A DNA stretch of 64,000 nt, taken from assembly GCA_050115495.1 (NCBI GenBank), contig JASFQK010000014.1, positions 81,587 through 145,586 of the forward strand, written 5' to 3'. The notes beneath the pieces were generated by a model, which was given only the letters and a program-made list of their open reading frames with translations, did no database searches and was not told the DNA's origin. The first letter of the stretch is position 1. Each line of letters opens with the position of its first letter. Position numbers and translations under genes: made by a program. This stretch comes from Phycisphaerae bacterium. GTDB taxonomy: Bacteria; Planctomycetota; Phycisphaerae; UBA1845; Fen-1342. Below are positions 60,862 through 64,000 of this stretch, one piece after another.

Positions 60862-61263
60862 GTGTCGAATGCGAAGACGAGGCGGAGTGCACGGTGGGCA
60901 GTCGCGATCGTGTTCGTGGCGGTCGCCGTTGGGATCGGGGGAGCCGTTGCCAAGTGGGATGCGCTGGTCGTGGAGTATCATGTGTGGCGGTTGCGGCAGA
61001 TGAACGACCGCTGGATGGTGCACCATGCGGCGCTGGCAAGAATGGCCCAACCGACTGAGACTCCGCCGATAGACTGGGGAGATTTCGTGCCCGATGACGT
61101 GCTCGCGCGGCACGACCCGAAAGAGTTCACCGCCGAGATCGTCAGAGATTATGTGCACGTCACGTTTTATGATAAGGACACTGGCTACCTCCACATCGCA
61201 TGGGCGAGGAGGAATGCCGGGGGAGTCTATGCCGTGTTCTGGTGTATCCAGAAGCCGATGTAG
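60862..61263 (+). CDS. Hypothetical membrane-anchored protein
   Basis: GGAGG RBS plus GTG; TM segment. Confidence 0.55.
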   Translation: MSNAKTRRSARWAVAIVFVAVAVGIGGAVAKWDALVVEYHVWRLRQMNDRWMVHHAALARMAQPTETPPIDWGDFVPDDVLARHDPKEFTAEIVRDYVHVTFYDKDTGYLHIAWARRNAGGVYAVFWCIQKPM

Positions 61264-61318
61264 CGGCACGAGGAACCGGCGGGACGGGTGGGAACGACGT
61301 GTTCATACGGAGTATCCC

Positions 61319-61807
61319 TTGCACGACGGACTTCCGTGGCGAGCGCCGACCGAGCCGTTTGAGCTGCCCTCCAACGGTGGGTACAACGCAGTTGAGGCTA
61401 CCTACCGGCGCGTCGAGGAAGAGAATGGCGAGCGCATTCTCTATGCGGATGTGAAGTTCACGTATGACGTCTGGGGACCCGACACGGATCTCGATTGCTC
61501 CATGCATCTGAAGGAGTCGGCTCACACGCTCGTAAAGTGCGTCCCGATTCGCGAGGCGGCCCTATACGAACTGGCTGGCCTCTTGCAGGACTGGCTCCAC
61601 AAACCGCGCGAGCTGTCCGTGGACATCGGGATCAAGTTCCAGAGCTTTCGCTTACGTATCGGGCCGGAGCCGCGCTTCATCAGCAGCATGGAAAAGCCGG
61701 TGGCCCGGATCAGGCTGAAGGCGCCGCGCACGTTCATCAACATGCACTTCGTTGTGGACCAATCGTGTATCCGGCTGTTCCGCGACAGCATCGTGGCCTG
61801 GCTCTAG
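61319..61807 (+). CDS. Hypothetical protein
   Basis: Open frame with globular composition; start uncertain (TTG after GGAG). Confidence 0.5.
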   Translation: MHDGLPWRAPTEPFELPSNGGYNAVEATYRRVEEENGERILYADVKFTYDVWGPDTDLDCSMHLKESAHTLVKCVPIREAALYELAGLLQDWLHKPRELSVDIGIKFQSFRLRIGPEPRFISSMEKPVARIRLKAPRTFINMHFVVDQSCIRLFRDSIVAWL

Positions 61808-61930
61808 CGCGCGGGGACGCCGGCGGCGGGTGAAACCCGCCCTACAGACGGCAAGTCCTGAAAGTGGACGGCGGAGGGTCGAAGCGCGGGCGCGTCGACC
61901 CTCCGCCGGTTTCTGTGCCGGAGGGGCAGC

Positions 61931-62614
61931 CTACTTGGCGTGCGGGCACTTCCCGAGGGTCAGGAACCAATCGAGGACGGTGAGGTCACCGCCGGAGGTC
62001 TCGACGCGTTCCTTGGCCGCGCCGCAGGAGCCGGGCGGCGGGACGATGACGTCCTCACCGGGCTGCCAGTTGGCGGGGGTGGCAATCTGGTGCTCGTCGG
62101 AATGCTGCATAGCGAGCAGGAGACGCTTGATCTCCTGCATGTTGCGCCCGGTCGTCAGCGGGTAATAGAGGATCGACCGCACGATGGCCTGGGGGTCGAT
62201 CATGAAAACGGCGCGGACGGCCTGGGTCGTGCTCTCCGCCGGCTGGAGCATGCCGAACTTCTTGGAGACCTCCATCGTGAGGTCGCTGATGACGGGGAAC
62301 ATGACCTCGACGCCCTTCATGTTCTTGTAGACGATCCTCTCTTTAATCGTGCGCAGCCAGGCGATGTGGCTGTAGGTGCTGTCGATGGACAAGCCGAGCA
62401 GTTCGCAGTTGAGGGCCTTGAACTCGGCGGCCATGCTGGCGAAGGTCATGAACTCCGTCGTGCAGACGGGCGTGAAGTCGGCGGGGTGCGAGAAGAAGAT
62501 GACCCACTTGCCCTTGTAGTCCTTCGGGAAGTTGATCTTGCCCTGCGTCGTCTCGGCCTCGAACGAAGGCGCCTTCTCGCCGATCAAGGGCAGCCGGACA
62601 GCCTGCTCACACAT
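61931..62614 (-). CDS. Peroxiredoxin (Prx6/TDXH-like)
   Basis: FSHPADFTPVCTTEF, YP.TTGRN..EI, TPANWQPGEDVI, DWFL. Confidence 0.94.
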   Translation of the reverse strand: MCEQAVRLPLIGEKAPSFEAETTQGKINFPKDYKGKWVIFFSHPADFTPVCTTEFMTFASMAAEFKALNCELLGLSIDSTYSHIAWLRTIKERIVYKNMKGVEVMFPVISDLTMEVSKKFGMLQPAESTTQAVRAVFMIDPQAIVRSILYYPLTTGRNMQEIKRLLLAMQHSDEHQIATPANWQPGEDVIVPPPGSCGAAKERVETSGGDLTVLDWFLTLGKCPHAK

Positions 62615-63543
62615 CGTGGTCTCCTCGTATGGACCTCTTGCAACCACGGCTACGGCATCGCCGGCGGCCGGGCCCTTTCCCGGCACGGGTCCGCCCGCGG
62701 GCCTTTTTGCACGCGCAAGTTGACCGAGGTCCCCGGGTGTTTCGGCTCGTAATAGGACAGTAGTCACTGACCCCGCCCGGTTCAAGGGCGCGGTCTCCCC
62801 CCCTACCCCCTTTCCGCCGACGAGAACACCGCCCGGCGGTCGGCGCAGAATCGTTGCGGACAGACCGTTTAAGAAGGCGTTCTTCCGCAGAATTCGTGGG
62901 TTGGATCTGGGGGAACCGGCTCCGCAGTTTTCCCAGTCCCCTTCCTTGGGCTTCTTTCCCCTCACATGGGGCCCGGAGGACCCGCACGCCAAAGCGGCCC
63001 CGACATTCGAGGGGCGCGCCCCAGGAACGGGCCGTGCCAGATTCGCCGTGTTTTGCCGGACGGAACGCCTCCCGGATGAGCCCCGAGTGGCCAGAAGTCA
63101 CCCACGAATTCTGCTGAGGAGGCCACGAAAAGGAGATGGATATGACAACGTGAGGGCTCCTCGTAGCCGATCCGGCCGCAGGACTCCAAACGCGCAAGTC
63201 CTTGTTACACAAGGAGGACGGAATAAACCGGAGGGACAACCGATTACGCGAGTCCATGAAAACCCGGAAAGGCAAGAATTCGAAGTGATCAAGATCCCAC
63301 GGATTTCACAGCTTGGTGCTGCTGGCAGTTTGTGATAGAAACAAGGTGAAAGGGGGTTTGTTCTTGATGCCGATGTGGGCCCCTTCTGCTCGCCGTTCAC
63401 CATCCAACGCCGAGAGGGAAGGAGGCTACCCGGTAAACGTCGCTTCGCTCCGGTGGGTGTTCAACAGCGTCGGACAGCTCGGTCACCTGCCCCGGAACGA
63501 GCGTTCAAGATCCGCGGAAGGCCCAAGAACGGAGGAAATGGCG

Positions 63544-63882
63544 ATGCATGTCTCTGCTTTCGAACGTCGATCGAGTCTTGTGTTCGTCCTGTGCGTGACG
63601 CTGCTCTGGGGCGCCCAAGCTGGAGCCCAAGTGTTCGTCGACGACTTCAATGACAATTACATCGATCCCAGAGTGTGGGCGCCGGTCCTCTATGGTTCGG
63701 GCGCCCAGCTTGCGGAAGTGAACCAGGAACTCCAATTCACGATGCCATCCACCTCATCGGGGACCGAGTTCGGCTCGCGACTTGTCAGCCAGTTCCTGCT
63801 GCGAGGCGATTTTGACATCCAGGTGGACTACAGTCTGCTTCAGTGGCCGTACTACAACGGCGTGCGTACGGCCATCGGGTGA
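63544..63882 (+). pseudogene. Secreted protein gene apparently truncated by an IS insertion
   Basis: GGAGG RBS, signal peptide, 'VDDFND...D..VW', 'L.GDFDIQVDY'; the stop TGA straddles the junction with the IS-like end at 63881. Confidence 0.55.
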
Positions 63883-64000
63883 GCTATAACCGAATTTCGT
63901 TGATGGCGGGATGAAAAAAGGCGGCGTACTCTCGGGATCAAGATTGGTTCCGAGCCGCCCACGCTGGGCAGAGGAGTACGCCGATGCACGAGAGTAACGA
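63881..64000 (+). mobile_element. Left end of a probable IS256-family element; putative transposase start ATG63984 runs off the window
   Basis: Starts GAGCTATAACCGAATTT; perfect 10-bp inverted repeat CGGCGTACTC (63922-63931)/GAGTACGCCG (63974-63983) covering the RBS; family call is from recalled resemblance only. Confidence 0.55.

Noticed and set aside
63129..63290. Second Sec candidate (AAGGAG ATG GAT ATG ACA ACG TGA ...)
   Set aside because: The read-through peptide is short with no redox motif, no Cys homologue and no convincing SECIS.
63425..63500. Possible c-di-GMP-II-like riboswitch upstream of the last secreted gene
   Set aside because: Only loose resemblance (GGTAAAC, GGTG/CACC); stems are short and mismatched.

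Overview
High-GC bacterial chromosomal window, most consistent with Planctomycetota (Phycisphaerae-like). This is inferred from secreted proteins ending in a 'GD[LM]NCDG..NFD' dockerin-like module, a Hc1-like protein and a short UvrC. It is mostly housekeeping and envelope genes: mutM, asnB, murJ, pepA, folE, DinG helicase, LPS-core waaF/kinase cluster, ferritin, ribH-nusB-ftsY, ECF sigma cassette, nucleotide-sugar dehydrogenase, uvrC and peroxiredoxin. These are interspersed with large secreted multidomain proteins, several REP-like palindrome families, a Y1/HUH (IS200/RAYT-like) transposase and the left end of a probable IS256-family element that truncates the last gene. The main find is a tandem pair of 660-codon secreted thioredoxin/Omp28-like-FN3-dockerin genes. 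One copy has CxxC. The other, mis-split by the ORF track, has an in-frame TGA exactly at the first Cys (UxxC) followed by a SECIS-like hairpin, making it a probable secreted selenoprotein next to its Cys twin. Other leads are a promoter-driven ~300-nt structured non-coding region, a REP element read in-frame inside a membrane protein, a Cys-containing C-terminal sorting signal, an isobutyryl-CoA-mutase-type active-site signature and several apparently leaderless genes. Start codons were refined by eye, and family calls are from motif recognition only, with no database search.
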